Shown: piece after piece, positions 1-9,632 of the stretch | Position numbering within the stretch: the stretch's first letter is position 1 | Layout of the letters: the number at the start of each line of letters is the position of its first letter | Assembly (NCBI GenBank): GCA_043807825.1 | Contig: JAZDFM010000034.1 | Location: 2,700 to 66,699 of the forward strand | Length of the DNA stretch: 64,000 bases | Direction: 5' to 3' | Source: a bacterium | GTDB taxonomy: Bacteria > Patescibacteriota > Patescibacteriia > Patescibacteriales > GWC2-42-12 | Notes under the pieces: model-generated | The model's input: the letters and a program-made list of their open reading frames with translations, nothing else | What the model was told of the DNA's origin: nothing | Databases searched by the model: none | Translations under genes and position numbers: made by a program

Positions 1-295
1 GCGCGCTATGCCCTATCCCCAGCGCCCAATAAACCAAAGCCAGCAATCCGGCCAGCCCGAACATATAAGCCGACAAGTTCAAAATCAAATTCAATCCTTT
101 TTCCAAATGCCTTAATTTTATGGCCGGAATGGATATGGGCATGCCCCAATAAAAAAATCTGCCTTGATAAAAAGCCATGGTTCCGGCGCCTGAACAATTT
201 TTGCAAACAGAGCCGTTTTCAGCCTTGCCATAACCAGCGCAAATTTGGCAGGTTATATATTGAATTTCTGTTTTTTTGTTATCTTGTTTCGGCAT
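1..295 (-). CDS. Partial CDS (3' end beyond window start): DnaJ-type zinc-finger (CxxCxGxG x2) protein with C-terminal TM segment
   Basis: Own translation of the minus strand from the ATG at 295..293 gives MPKQDNKKTEIQYITCQICAGYGKAENGSVCKNCSGAGTMAFYQGRFFYWGMPISIPAIKLRHLEKGLNLILNLSAYMFGLAGLLALVYWALGIGHSA, open to position 1. The track ORF 6..206 is in a different frame and looks spurious. Confidence 0.45.
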   Translation of the reverse strand, partial: MPKQDNKKTEIQYITCQICAGYGKAENGSVCKNCSGAGTMAFYQGRFFYWGMPISIPAIKLRHLEKGLNLILNLSAYMFGLAGLLALVYWALGIGHSA

Positions 296-660
296 TAAAT
301 AAATTGAAAAATAATTTCATAAATAACGAACACGGGCGATAAAATCCAAAAAATAATCGCGGCAACGGAAAAAACAAACCAAAACAGCATAATAAAACTT
401 CTGAAAATAATCTGCGCCAAGCGCACGAAAAAACTTATCAGCATGCCGGCCAAGTCGTATTGCGCGTACATCGGCCGGAAAATATTTTTTATCCAAATCA
501 GCAAAGCCAAAGATTTCTGCTTGTTGGACAAAAAATCTTTCAAGTCGCCGGCGAAATTCAATAATCCCCTGCCATACCACCAAGCCGGAAAATACAGGAT
601 ATCGCGAACAAGTTCGGCGAAAATTCGCAAGCTGTAAAAAATGAAGCTGTTTGAAATCAT
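295..660 (-). CDS. Hypothetical polytopic membrane protein
   Basis: 121-aa ORF that is hydrophobic and Phe/Ile/Trp-rich. Its stop overlaps the start of the downstream zinc-finger ORF by 1 nt (TAATG). Confidence 0.4.
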   Translation of the reverse strand: MISNSFIFYSLRIFAELVRDILYFPAWWYGRGLLNFAGDLKDFLSNKQKSLALLIWIKNIFRPMYAQYDLAGMLISFFVRLAQIIFRSFIMLFWFVFSVAAIIFWILSPVFVIYEIIFQFI

Positions 661-787
661 AAAATTATTATACCATACTTCGCTTTTCTTTCAAATGCTT
701 GACAGCTTAATAACTATTGTGTATTATATAAACATCAATACAAATAACAGCCACCCAGCCAAAGGGCTGTTTTTTAATAAAAGAAAT

Positions 788-973
788 ATGCAAAAAATAA
801 TCAATTATCTGAAAGCCTCAATTGAAGAAATGAAAAAAGTTTCTTGGCCCACAAAAAAAGAAACTTATAATTACACTATTTTAGTTATCTCAATAAGCGT
901 CGGGGTAGCTTTGTTTTTGGGGCTTTTTGACATAATTTTTACAAAAGCGCTTGAATATTTAATAAATAAATAG
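788..973 (+). CDS. secE: Preprotein translocase subunit SecE
   Basis: The internal Met of track ORF 641..973 gives MQKIINYLKASIEEMKKVSWPTKKE... followed by a single TM helix, the typical SecE architecture. It lies immediately upstream of nusG, which is conserved secE-nusG-rplK-rplA synteny. Confidence 0.8.
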   Translation: MQKIINYLKASIEEMKKVSWPTKKETYNYTILVISISVGVALFLGLFDIIFTKALEYLINK

Positions 974-975
974 AT

Positions 976-1521
976 ATGGCTAAACAAACATTAAATCAAG
1001 GCCGAAGATGGTATGTTCTGCATACTTATTCCGGCTATGAAGAAAATGTATCGCAAAATTTGAAGCAAAGAATAGAATCCATGGATATGGAGGATAAAAT
1101 TTTCAATATCTTGATTCCGACCGAGAAAAAAATTAAAATAAAAAACGGAAAAAGAAAAATCGTTGAAGAAAAAATTTTTCCCGGATATGTTTTGGTTGAA
1201 ATGACCGTGAACGATGACTCATGGTATGTGGTCAGAAACACGCCGAATGTTACCGGTTTCATAGGAATGGGCACGATTCCGACTCCAGTGAGCGAACATG
1301 AAATAAAAGACTTGCAAAAACGCATGGGAGTTGAAGAGCCGAAATTCAAAATTGATGTTTCCGTCAATTCGCCCGTGCGCATCATTGACGGTCCGTTCAA
1401 AAATTTGGAAGGCAAAGTCTTTGAAATTGACGAAGCCAAAGGCAAAATCAAAGTAATTGTTTCAATGTTCGGGCGTGAAACTCCGGTTGAACTGGATTTC
1501 TTGCAGATTAAAAAAATATAA
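976..1521 (+). CDS. nusG: Transcription termination/antitermination factor NusG
   Basis: 181 aa with an NGN domain (RWYVLHTYSGYEENV) and a C-terminal KOW motif (GPFKNLEGKVFEID). Synteny with secE and rplK. Confidence 0.9.
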   Translation: MAKQTLNQGRRWYVLHTYSGYEENVSQNLKQRIESMDMEDKIFNILIPTEKKIKIKNGKRKIVEEKIFPGYVLVEMTVNDDSWYVVRNTPNVTGFIGMGTIPTPVSEHEIKDLQKRMGVEEPKFKIDVSVNSPVRIIDGPFKNLEGKVFEIDEAKGKIKVIVSMFGRETPVELDFLQIKKI

Positions 1522-1584
1522 TAAAATCCCGTTCTTCGCTATTCGCGGAGAGCTTCTACGGGAAAATTTTAAATAACTAATTTT

Positions 1585-2007
1585 ATGGCAAAAAAAATAC
1601 TGACCAAAATAAAATTGCAGATTCCCGCCGGCCAAGCCAATCCCGCGCCTCCGGTAGGTCCGGCTTTGGGACAGCACGGATTGAACATAGCGCAATTCTG
1701 CCAGGCGTTCAATGAAAAAACCAAAGATAAAATGGGAGATATTACGCCTGTTGAAATCACGGTTTTTGAAGACAAAACTTACTCGTTCATCTTAAAGACT
1801 CCTCCGGCTTCGGAGCTGATAAAAAAATTCGCCAAAATCGCCAAAGGGTCAAGCAAGCCCTTGACCGAGAAAGTCGGATCAATCACACGCGCCCAGCTTA
1901 AAGAAATAGCGGAAATAAAAATGCCGGATTTAAACGCGAACAGCATTGAAGCCGCGATGAATATTATCGCCGGCACGGCTAAACAAATGGGGGTGGATAT
2001 TAAGTAA
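1585..2007 (+). CDS. rplK: 50S ribosomal protein L11
   Basis: [35 protein letters not shown]... is a canonical L11 N-terminus. Confidence 0.95.
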   Translation: MAKKILTKIKLQIPAGQANPAPPVGPALGQHGLNIAQFCQAFNEKTKDKMGDITPVEITVFEDKTYSFILKTPPASELIKKFAKIAKGSSKPLTEKVGSITRAQLKEIAEIKMPDLNANSIEAAMNIIAGTAKQMGVDIK

Positions 2008-2020
2008 CTTAAGTAACTTA

Positions 2021-2057
2021 TGTCATTGCGAGCGACCGGAGGGAGCGAAGCAATCTC
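2021..2057 (+). repeat. Half-copy (single arm) of the TGTCATTGCGAG...GAAGCAATCTC palindromic repeat family
   Basis: 'tgtcattgcgagcgaccggagggagcgaagcaatctc' lies in the rplK-rplA intergenic spacer and matches the left arm of the full elements at 3973, 11414 and 28440. Confidence 0.8.
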
Positions 2058-2063
2058 ACGAAT

Positions 2064-2729
2064 ATGAAAATACAACAAATTATTAACTCTGACAAATCTA
2101 AAAATTATTCAATCGCAGAAGCAATTGAATTATCAAAAAAATCGTCCAAAACAAAATTTGACGCTTCAATTGAGGCTCATTTCCGTTTGGGAATAAACAC
2201 GAAAAAAGGCGAACAGCAAGTGAGGCTGGCGGTTTCTCTTCCGCACGGCACAGGGAAAACCATTAAAATAGCGGCTTTCGTAACTCCGGCCAAAGAAGAA
2301 GAAGCGCGCCAAGCCGGCGCTGATTATGTCGGAGGAGAAGAACTGATAAACCAAATTAAAAAAACCGAAAAAACCGATTTTCAAGTAGCCGTCGCCGAGC
2401 CTGTTATGATGAAAAATCTGGCGGCCATCGCGAAAATTTTAGGCACTCGCGGGCTTATGCCTTCGCCAAAAAATGAAACGGTTACGCCCAATCCGGCCAA
2501 AGCCATTGAGCAATTGAAAAAAGGCAAAGTGAGCTTAAAGAATGACGACACCGGAAACATCCATGTGGCTATCGGAAAAGTTTCTTTTGAAACTGGCAAA
2601 TTGGCGAATAATTTTAACACGCTTTTAGACGCGATAAAAAAAGCCAAGCCCGCCACATCAAAAGGAGTATATTTGAAAAACATCTCAATCAGTTCAACCA
2701 TGGGTCCGGGAATAAAAGTGGCTCTGTAA
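2064..2729 (+). CDS. rplA: 50S ribosomal protein L1
   Basis: 221 aa with L1 motifs (FDASIEAHFRLGI, LPHGTGK, MKNLAAIAKILGTRGLMPSPK). Confidence 0.95.
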   Translation: MKIQQIINSDKSKNYSIAEAIELSKKSSKTKFDASIEAHFRLGINTKKGEQQVRLAVSLPHGTGKTIKIAAFVTPAKEEEARQAGADYVGGEELINQIKKTEKTDFQVAVAEPVMMKNLAAIAKILGTRGLMPSPKNETVTPNPAKAIEQLKKGKVSLKNDDTGNIHVAIGKVSFETGKLANNFNTLLDAIKKAKPATSKGVYLKNISISSTMGPGIKVAL

Positions 2730-2738
2730 ACGCGGATA

Positions 2739-3971
2739 TTATTCAAATCTTAACGCTTCAATAGGATTCAATTTTGAAGCCCGGCGAGCCGGATAATACC
2801 CGAAAATCAAACCTATGGCGGCTGAAACTCCGAAAGCCAAAAATATGGACGACATTGAGACGGCAGTCGCCATGCCGGAAAATTTGGTTATGGCCAAAGA
2901 AACCAGCCAGCCCAAAAGAATGCCGAAAATTCCTCCCAAAAAAGTAAGCATTACCGCTTCCGCTAAAAATTGCCCGCTGATATCTTGTCTTGTCGCTCCG
3001 ATGGATTTGCGCAAACCGATTTCTTTGGTGCGCTCGGTAACCGTGGTAAGCATCATATTCATAATCCCGATTCCTCCGACAACCAAAGATATTCCGGCGA
3101 TAGAAGCCAAAAGCAAAGTAAATATGCCTGTCACGCTTGAAGCCGTGGCGACAATATCGGCCTGATTCATTATGTTAAAATCGGCAAGCAAAGGATCGGA
3201 AATTTTATGGCGCTGTAAAAGCAAACTATTTACTTGAGCTTGAACTGCCGCCATTTCATCAGCCGCGTTGGCTTGAACGCTGATTGTGGTAACATAATCG
3301 CCGCCGGTCAAATATCGTTGCGAAGCAAGCAAAGGAACATAAATGACATCGTCTTGATTGGAAAAACCGCTGCCGCCTTTAGCTTTGGTTACGCCGACGA
3401 CTTTGAATTCAACTTTATTTATTTTTATAGACTGCCCCAAAGGATTGTATCCGGCTCCGAATAAATCATCGCGCGCGGTCGGGCCTAACACGGCGACTTT
3501 TGACGCTCCGAGATTATTTTGGCCGGTTATGAAATTCCCCGAATCTATTTTAACATTTCTCACTTCAATATAATCGGCAATTGTGCCGATAACTTGCGTA
3601 TTGGTATTTGTACCTTTGGCGGTAACTTGATAGCGCTTGGACAATTCCGGAGCCACGGCTTTAGCTGAAGCGATTTCTTTTTTTATCGCCGCGGCATCTT
3701 CGGTGGTAAGGGATTGGGCGCTTCCGCGGCCTGCGCTGGCTGAGCCTCCGACGGTTCTTTGCGCTCCGGGCATTACCAAAAGCAAATTTGAACCGATTGA
3801 TTGGATATTGGCTTCTATCGTCCCCCGCGCTCCTTGTCCGATTGATACCATGGCGATAACTGAAGCGATGCCTATGACTATGCCTAAAATAGTAAGGCTT
3901 GATCTCATTTTATTTCCCGATAACGCCAAAAAACTTTCTTGTAATAAATCCGAAATAAGCATAAAATTCAT
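2739..3971 (-). CDS. ABC transporter permease, FtsX/MacB family
   Basis: N-terminal TM, a large extracytoplasmic domain and a C-terminal 3-TM FtsX-like bundle. Adjacent to an ABC ATPase and a HlyD adaptor. The start was moved to MNFMLISD (ATG at 3971..3969) because the track's extra 17 residues (MLRRPPPNFGGG...) are read from the repeat element. Confidence 0.85.
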   Translation of the reverse strand: MNFMLISDLLQESFLALSGNKMRSSLTILGIVIGIASVIAMVSIGQGARGTIEANIQSIGSNLLLVMPGAQRTVGGSASAGRGSAQSLTTEDAAAIKKEIASAKAVAPELSKRYQVTAKGTNTNTQVIGTIADYIEVRNVKIDSGNFITGQNNLGASKVAVLGPTARDDLFGAGYNPLGQSIKINKVEFKVVGVTKAKGGSGFSNQDDVIYVPLLASQRYLTGGDYVTTISVQANAADEMAAVQAQVNSLLLQRHKISDPLLADFNIMNQADIVATASSVTGIFTLLLASIAGISLVVGGIGIMNMMLTTVTERTKEIGLRKSIGATRQDISGQFLAEAVMLTFLGGIFGILLGWLVSLAITKFSGMATAVSMSSIFLAFGVSAAIGLIFGYYPARRASKLNPIEALRFE

Positions 3972-3972
3972 T

Positions 3973-4093
3973 GTCATTGCGAGGAGTCCCCCGCCAAAAT
4001 TTGGCGGGGGACGACGAAGCAATCTCCCTGATACTTATCTTCTGCTAAACTTACCATTCGTTAGATTGCTTCGCTAGTCGCTCGCAATGACAG
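3973..4093 (+). repeat. Full-length palindromic hairpin repeat (type A: tgtcattgcgag...gaagcaatctc / gagattgcttcg...ctcgcaatgaca)
   Basis: Left arm at 3973-4027, right arm at 4063-4092, with an internal sub-hairpin gtcccccgccaaaatttggcgggggac. It sits between the ABC ATPase stop and the permease start. Confidence 0.85.
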
Positions 4094-4795
4094 TTAAGAG
4101 CCATTTTTTATTTTTTTCTCATTCTTTTTATCGCTTACTATTTTTCCGTCTTTAATCATAATTATCCTGTCCGCGTGTTCAGCCACATATTGTTCATGAG
4201 TGATCAATATTATCGTTCTGCCTTGAGCGTTTAATTTTTGAAAAGTGCCCAAAACTATATCTCCTGTTTTAGAATCCAAATTTCCCGTGGGTTCATCAGC
4301 CAAAATAATTGACGGATTATTAACCAAGGATCGGGCGATTGCCACTCTTTGCATTTGCCCTCCGGACAACTGATTGGAAAGATGCGTAAAATGAGATTCG
4401 GACAAACCGGATTCAATCAGCGCCTGCCTGGCTTTTTTCTCGCGCTGTTCGGCCGGGATTTCCGCATAGACCAATGGCAGAATAACATTCCGTAAAACAG
4501 TGGCCCTGGACAATAAATTAAACGCCTGAAAAACAAAACCGATTTTTTCCTTTCTTATTTTAGCCAATTCGTCTTCAGATAAAGAAGAAACATCTTTGCC
4601 GCCCAAATAATATTTGCCCGAAGTCGGAGTATCCAACGCGCCCAAAATATGCATCAGCGTGGATTTACCCGAACCTGACGGACCGATGATCGCTATAAAT
4701 TCGCCATTATCAACAGTAAAAGAAATATCACGCAAAACTTCAGCGATAGATCCTCCGGTATTATATGATTTATAAATATGTTCGCATTTAATCAT
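4094..4795 (-). CDS. ABC transporter ATP-binding protein (MacB/LolD-like)
   Basis: Walker A GPSGSGKST, signature LSGGQMQRVAIARSL, Walker B ILADEPTGNLD. Confidence 0.9.
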   Translation of the reverse strand: MIKCEHIYKSYNTGGSIAEVLRDISFTVDNGEFIAIIGPSGSGKSTLMHILGALDTPTSGKYYLGGKDVSSLSEDELAKIRKEKIGFVFQAFNLLSRATVLRNVILPLVYAEIPAEQREKKARQALIESGLSESHFTHLSNQLSGGQMQRVAIARSLVNNPSIILADEPTGNLDSKTGDIVLGTFQKLNAQGRTIILITHEQYVAEHADRIIMIKDGKIVSDKKNEKKIKNGS

Positions 4796-4796
4796 G

Positions 4797-6656
4797 TTAT
4801 TCTCTTCTAAAATTTCCGCCTCCGGTCATCCCGGGAATTCTTAAACCGGCGGCGCTTGGTTGATTAGCCGAAGCGCTGGGTGCCGTGGCGGTTATGGTTT
4901 GGATTATAATTTTATCGCCTTCTTTTAAACCGCTTATTATTTCCGTCATAGTATCATCTGACGCGCCGATTACAACCGGCTTTCTTTGCGGTTGGCCGTC
5001 AGCGTCAAGAATTTCCACATAATCAGACCTGCCATTTTTTACGGCCGAACTCGGCGCCAATAAAACATCAACTTTACTGTCTATAATAATCACCGCGTTG
5101 GCGCTCATGCCGGATTTAACTCTATCATCTTGGGTGTCAAAAACAATTTTCACATTGTAAGTAACCACGCCTTGCGATACTGTTCCAATTTCGTCAATCC
5201 CCGCGACTCGGCCGCTTATGTTAAGGCCGTCAATCGCGTCAAAAGCGATCATCGCTTTATCCCCTGTTTTTATTTTGGCCGCATCAACTTCATTCAAAGA
5301 AATTTCCGCGATGCTCTGCTTGGTTATAATCGTAGCGATAACGCCCGATGACGAATCGCCTTCTTTCACATTGACCGCGGCGATAACGCCGTCAAACGGC
5401 GCTTTCACGGTGTAATCCGCCAAAACGGTTTGAGCGTCATAAAGAGCTTCTTTCTTTTGCTGAAGCGATATTTCCTGCGATCTTATGTCCATCGGCTCCG
5501 CGCCGGCTTCAAGATCCGCCAAAGACAATTTTCTTTCTTCAAGATTGGCTTCGTCCGAAGCCAAATCAAAAGGCTGGTTCTGAATCAAAGATTTTAAATT
5601 ATTATTCGCCGAAACAATAGCGTCTTTATAATTTTGAATAGCCGATTGCGCCGAAGACAAACTTGACAGGCTGGAATTAATTTGACCGCTGTAAGTTGAA
5701 AGGTTTGTTTTGTAAGTTGAGATTTGGGTGAAAATGGACATATTCCTCAAAGATCTCGCGTCGGACCAAACAGCGAAATAATTATTTTCGCTTTTCACCG
5801 CCTGCGCCATCGCTTTTACAGCCGCTAAAGTTTCCGAAAGCAAATTTTCTATTTCCGCATGCCCGGAATAAACGCTGACTTTTTTGAAATTAGCGTAATT
5901 CGCGTCATAAGCAAGCTTGGCTGAAGAATAATCTTTTTCAGCTATCGCCTGATATGATTTGATTTTAAACTGATCAGTTTCATAAGTGGTATTATACAAA
6001 ACATCGGTGTTTATCTGTCCTCTGCCCAAAGAATTGTCGCTTTGGCTTATTTGATCGCTGTATAAAATATCATTCATGGCCGACATTATGTTCGGCAAAT
6101 TCAAAAAACTGTTTGAAATGGCGGTAAGAGCGTCTTCGTAAGATTTCTCCGAATTATTTTTAGCTGTCTGCGAAGCGGCCAGCGCGTTTTGGTAATCTAT
6201 GGGCTGAGACATTTTCAGCTTATCCAAAGAATTTTGAGCGCTGGCTACGGCATTTTTCGCCGCAAGAATTGAATTAGCGTCAGCCGGCTGTTTTAATTTA
6301 TCCATAGACAGATAGGCGCTTTCCAAATTCAATTTGGCGTCCCTTACCGCTTTATAAGCGTTTTTAGCGTCAATTTGGGCGATTAAATCCCCGGCTTTCA
6401 CTTCCTGACCGGCCGCAACAGCGATTTTCGCGATATATCCTGAAACTTTTGATGAAATATCAACTTGATTTGAAGCGGAAATTTGTCCGCTTGAAGAAAC
6501 CGAAACAATCAATGTTCCTTTCTTAACGGCTGAAGCGATATATCTTGGCTTCGCGTTGCCGATTTTGTATTTATTATAGCCGTAATAACAGCCGCCTGCC
6601 GCCAAAAGCAGAATAATCAGAAAAACAATCTTATGTTTCTTAATTGATTGAAGCAT
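4797..6656 (-). CDS. HlyD/efflux periplasmic adaptor family protein with a very long coiled-coil
   Basis: 619 aa. N-terminal TM, a biotinyl/lipoyl-like beta hairpin (KAGDLIAQID), about 350 aa of Ala/Ser/Gln/Leu-rich coiled coil, and C-terminal beta-barrel domains. Forms an operon with the ABC ATPase and permease. Confidence 0.7.
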   Translation of the reverse strand: MLQSIKKHKIVFLIILLLAAGGCYYGYNKYKIGNAKPRYIASAVKKGTLIVSVSSSGQISASNQVDISSKVSGYIAKIAVAAGQEVKAGDLIAQIDAKNAYKAVRDAKLNLESAYLSMDKLKQPADANSILAAKNAVASAQNSLDKLKMSQPIDYQNALAASQTAKNNSEKSYEDALTAISNSFLNLPNIMSAMNDILYSDQISQSDNSLGRGQINTDVLYNTTYETDQFKIKSYQAIAEKDYSSAKLAYDANYANFKKVSVYSGHAEIENLLSETLAAVKAMAQAVKSENNYFAVWSDARSLRNMSIFTQISTYKTNLSTYSGQINSSLSSLSSAQSAIQNYKDAIVSANNNLKSLIQNQPFDLASDEANLEERKLSLADLEAGAEPMDIRSQEISLQQKKEALYDAQTVLADYTVKAPFDGVIAAVNVKEGDSSSGVIATIITKQSIAEISLNEVDAAKIKTGDKAMIAFDAIDGLNISGRVAGIDEIGTVSQGVVTYNVKIVFDTQDDRVKSGMSANAVIIIDSKVDVLLAPSSAVKNGRSDYVEILDADGQPQRKPVVIGASDDTMTEIISGLKEGDKIIIQTITATAPSASANQPSAAGLRIPGMTGGGNFRRE

Positions 6657-6667
6657 ATTTTAATTAT

Positions 6668-7123
6668 TTATTTTGTCATTTTCTCGGGCAAAACCCTTAT
6701 CAATTTAGGCTCAATTTGTCCTTGATTATTGGGCTTGCCGATCGCGATTATTTCATCGTCAATTTTAAGATCGGTTATTTTTATGCTTTGATTATTTTTG
6801 GTAATCGCGGTTTGATCGGTTATTAAAATGGTTTTTTCTATATTCGCCTGATCTTTGATAATAATGCTGTTTTCATCAATTTTAATGATGCTGCCCAAAC
6901 CTTCATGCGCTCCAAAACCCGACCGGCCGAAATCGGCCATGCCCTTCTTGCCATGTCCCATGATATTGCGGTAATAATTTTCTCCCCAGCGCTGCGAGAA
7001 TCTGGCTTTTCCATGGCCCACCAATACTCCGGCGGAAAAAACCAAAATCAAAACCGCAACGGACGCGGAAATTATAAGCAGTCTGTTAAAATGACCCGAT
7101 GCAAAAATTTCTTTGAATTTCAT
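6668..7123 (-). CDS. Hypothetical membrane-anchored protein with a beta-rich extracytoplasmic domain
   Basis: N-terminal TM (LLIISASVAVLILVFSAGVLV), then repeated I-x-I/T-D beta-strand patterns. Sits between the anti-sigma-like gene and the HlyD gene. Confidence 0.4.
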   Translation of the reverse strand: MKFKEIFASGHFNRLLIISASVAVLILVFSAGVLVGHGKARFSQRWGENYYRNIMGHGKKGMADFGRSGFGAHEGLGSIIKIDENSIIIKDQANIEKTILITDQTAITKNNQSIKITDLKIDDEIIAIGKPNNQGQIEPKLIRVLPEKMTK

Positions 7124-7139
7124 AAAATTATAAATTAAA

Positions 7140-7538
7140 TTAATAATTAGTTAAAATCTTTTTAAAATCAACATAGCAATCAGCCAGCTTGGCGAGAAAA
7201 AATATTGAAACGAGCAAAGACACCGAAGAAAAAATCAAGCTTGGCAAAGGCATAATCTCAAGCAATGACAAAATATAATCGCCCGTATTTAACATAACTG
7301 CGCTAAAATCGCTGCAAATCAAAGACAAAAAATTTAAAAAACCGGATTCTGAAATATCCGAAAATAGCATGAAGCTCAATGGAACCAAAACAAAACAAGA
7401 CAATAACAATCCGAAAAATCTGAAAATAAGCTTTATTTTTATTTCGGCGATTTTTTCCTCGCGATTTATTCTGTTTACAACGCGATCGTAAAGATCGGCT
7501 TTAGGCTGTATTAGCATATATATAATACGATTGGCCAA
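7140..7538 (-). CDS. Putative anti-sigma factor (small polytopic membrane protein immediately downstream of the ECF sigma)
   Basis: 132 aa with 3 predicted TM segments. Position-based inference; there is a 1-nt gap to the sigma factor gene. Confidence 0.35.
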   Translation of the reverse strand: MANRIIYMLIQPKADLYDRVVNRINREEKIAEIKIKLIFRFFGLLLSCFVLVPLSFMLFSDISESGFLNFLSLICSDFSAVMLNTGDYILSLLEIMPLPSLIFSSVSLLVSIFFLAKLADCYVDFKKILTNY

Positions 7539-7539
7539 G

Positions 7540-8085
7540 CTATTTTGGTGCGTTTATGACGCTTTTCAGCTTCGCCAGCGCTCTTCTGTTCGCGCTTTTC
7601 ACCGTGTTTAAAGGCTGTTTCAGAATTTTCGCTATTTCCCTGAATTTAAAACCTTCATAATAATGCAAATTCACGATTTTTTTATGCTTTTCCGGCAATT
7701 TCCCTATGGCCGAATACAAATCCCCTTCTTCCGCAATCGGCGTTCCAGCTTGCGCGATCAAATTTTCAAACAGCAGATTGTCATCGGTTAAATTGAGTTC
7801 CGAAAAATTTATTGTTTTATTTTTCTTCAAATAATCAAGGCAGGTATTTTTAGCTATGGCGTAAATCCAATTCTTGAATTTATATTTATTATTAAAACTC
7901 TTTATTTTTTTCCAGACTTTAACAAAAATCTCCTGCGTCAAATCTTCAGACGCGGCGCGGTCTTTGGCGAAACTCAAGGCATAATTGAAAATCGGCGTCA
8001 AATAGCGCTTGATCAGAAAATCCAGCGCTTTTCTGTCGCCTTTGATATAAGCCTTAATTAGCTGTTCGTCGGTTAATCTTTCCAT
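7540..8085 (-). CDS. RNA polymerase sigma-70 factor, ECF subfamily
   Basis: Sigma-70 region 2 (DLTQEIFVKVWKKI) and region 4 HTH (YYEGFKFREIAKILKQPLNTVKSANRRALAKLK). Confidence 0.85.
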   Translation of the reverse strand: MERLTDEQLIKAYIKGDRKALDFLIKRYLTPIFNYALSFAKDRAASEDLTQEIFVKVWKKIKSFNNKYKFKNWIYAIAKNTCLDYLKKNKTINFSELNLTDDNLLFENLIAQAGTPIAEEGDLYSAIGKLPEKHKKIVNLHYYEGFKFREIAKILKQPLNTVKSANRRALAKLKSVINAPK

Positions 8086-8228
8086 ACAGGCATTAAACTA
8101 CAATTACCGCCATAAATCAAGAAATTTAATTTAAAATTTGCTTTCTTGTTTTTCATTTGATAAAATATAAAGACTTTAATACAAACATAATCTCATATTC
8201 GGACCAAAAATCAGGATGATTTTAATAT

Positions 8229-9128
8229 ATGAAACAATATTTGGATTTGTTGCGCGATATTTTAAACAACGGGACTGACAAAAGCGACCGCACCGGCACC
8301 GGAACCAAAAGCGTTTTTGGCCGGCAAATCCGCTTTAATTTGGCCGAAGGCTTTCCTTTGTTGACCACTAAAAAAATGGCATTCAAAGCTATAACTTACG
8401 AATTGCTCTGGTTTTTAAAAGGCGATACCAATATAAAATATTTAGCGGAAAATAATGTAAAAATCTGGAATGAATGGCCTTATGAAGGCTACAAAGCCGG
8501 CGGGCAATACAAAGGAGAAACCATGGAAGAATTTATAGAAAAAATTAAAAACGACAATGAATTCGCGAAAAAATGGGGCGAATTGGGGCCGGTTTACGGA
8601 AAACAGTGGGTGCGCTGGCCCGGCTACGACGGACAGCCGATAAATCAAATCGCCCAAGCCGTTGATCTTATAAAAAACAACCCTGACTCAAGAAGAATTT
8701 TAGTCGGCACTTGGAATGTGGCCGATATACAAGAATTGATCAAAGCTAAAAAAGCCGCTCCCCCTCTCTGCCATACTTTATTCCAATTTTATGTGGCCGA
8801 CAATAAACTTTCCTGCCAGCTTTACCAAAGAAGCGCGGATATTTTTTTGGGCGTTCCGTTTAATATCGCTTCCTACTCATTGTTAACCATGATGATGGCG
8901 CAAGCCACCGGGCGCGAACTTGGAGAATTTATCCATACTTTCGGCGATACGCATATTTATAATAATCACTTTGAGCAAGTGAATTTGCAGCTTGCTCGCG
9001 AACCATTGCCTTTGCCGACAATGAAAATAAACCCGGCCGTAAAAAATATTTTTGATTTTAAATACGAAGATTTTACTTTGGAAAATTACAATCCTTATCC
9101 GGCGATCAAAGCGCCGATAGCAATCTGA
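8229..9128 (+). CDS. thyA: Thymidylate synthase (ThyA, long form with insert)
   Basis: [31 protein letters not shown]..., catalytic [25 protein letters not shown]-like and GDTHIYNNH motifs. Ends in TGA. Confidence 0.95.
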   Translation: MKQYLDLLRDILNNGTDKSDRTGTGTKSVFGRQIRFNLAEGFPLLTTKKMAFKAITYELLWFLKGDTNIKYLAENNVKIWNEWPYEGYKAGGQYKGETMEEFIEKIKNDNEFAKKWGELGPVYGKQWVRWPGYDGQPINQIAQAVDLIKNNPDSRRILVGTWNVADIQELIKAKKAAPPLCHTLFQFYVADNKLSCQLYQRSADIFLGVPFNIASYSLLTMMMAQATGRELGEFIHTFGDTHIYNNHFEQVNLQLAREPLPLPTMKINPAVKNIFDFKYEDFTLENYNPYPAIKAPIAI

Positions 9129-9140
9129 TTTTACGCTCAT

Positions 9141-9620
9141 ATGATTTCAATCATCGCCATTGTGGCAAAAAACAGAGCAATCGGCTTTCAAAACAAATTG
9201 CTTTACGACATTCCGGAAGACATGAAACATTTTAAAGATATTACAACCGGACACGCCGTAATTATGGGAGAAAACACTTTTCATTCCATGAGCGGCAAGC
9301 CTCTGCCTAATCGCGTTAATATAATTTTAACTTTGGATAAAAATTTTAAAGCTGAAAATTGCCTGATCGCTTATTCTTTGGAAGAGGCCGTTGAAATCGG
9401 CAAAGCGCAAAATAAAGGCGAAATATTTTTTATCGGCGGCGGAATGATTTACAGGCAAGCTCTTCCTTTGGCTGATAAATTATATTTGACAGTTGTTGAT
9501 GACGAACCGGCGAAAGCCGATGTTTATTTTCCGGATTATTCTGAATTTAAAAATATAATTTCGCAAAAAAAACTCAAAGCCGGAGGCTATGATATAAATT
9601 TTTTGGAATTAACAAGATAA
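9141..9620 (+). CDS. folA: Dihydrofolate reductase
   Basis: MISIIAIVAKNRAIGFQNKLLYDIPEDMKHFKDITTGHAVIMGENTF is a typical DHFR N-terminus. Directly follows thyA. Confidence 0.9.
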   Translation: MISIIAIVAKNRAIGFQNKLLYDIPEDMKHFKDITTGHAVIMGENTFHSMSGKPLPNRVNIILTLDKNFKAENCLIAYSLEEAVEIGKAQNKGEIFFIGGGMIYRQALPLADKLYLTVVDDEPAKADVYFPDYSEFKNIISQKKLKAGGYDINFLELTR

Positions 9621-9632
9621 AAAATAAATAAT

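Noticed and set aside
6-206. Track ORF 6..206 (-), 66 aa
   Set aside because: It is out of frame relative to the longer, more convincing zinc-finger/TM reading frame that runs from the ATG at 295 to the window edge. The product is Arg/His/Gly-rich with no features.
1522-1584. An L1-binding autoregulatory leader or attenuator between nusG and rplK
   Set aside because: The spacer is only about 60 nt. I could not identify the 23S-mimic L1 binding structure by eye, so there is not enough evidence to call it.
2001-2020. The tandem 'taagtaactt' x2 after rplK, and 'gagttacgcg' x2 at 19311-19340
   Set aside because: These are very short 2-copy direct repeats adjacent to repeat-element insertion sites. 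They could be target-site duplications, but they are too short to call anything functional.
3972-4022. N-terminal extensions in the ORF track (MLRRPPPNFGGG... for the permease, MTIRY for dnaK, MPALRRNARQASLLSVARNDRQI for the amidohydrolase, MTVLSQCVNIIMR for higB)
   Set aside because: The extensions are read from inserted repeat elements or upstream spacer and are absent from homologous protein N-termini. Internal ATGs give canonical N-termini ([30 protein letters not shown]).
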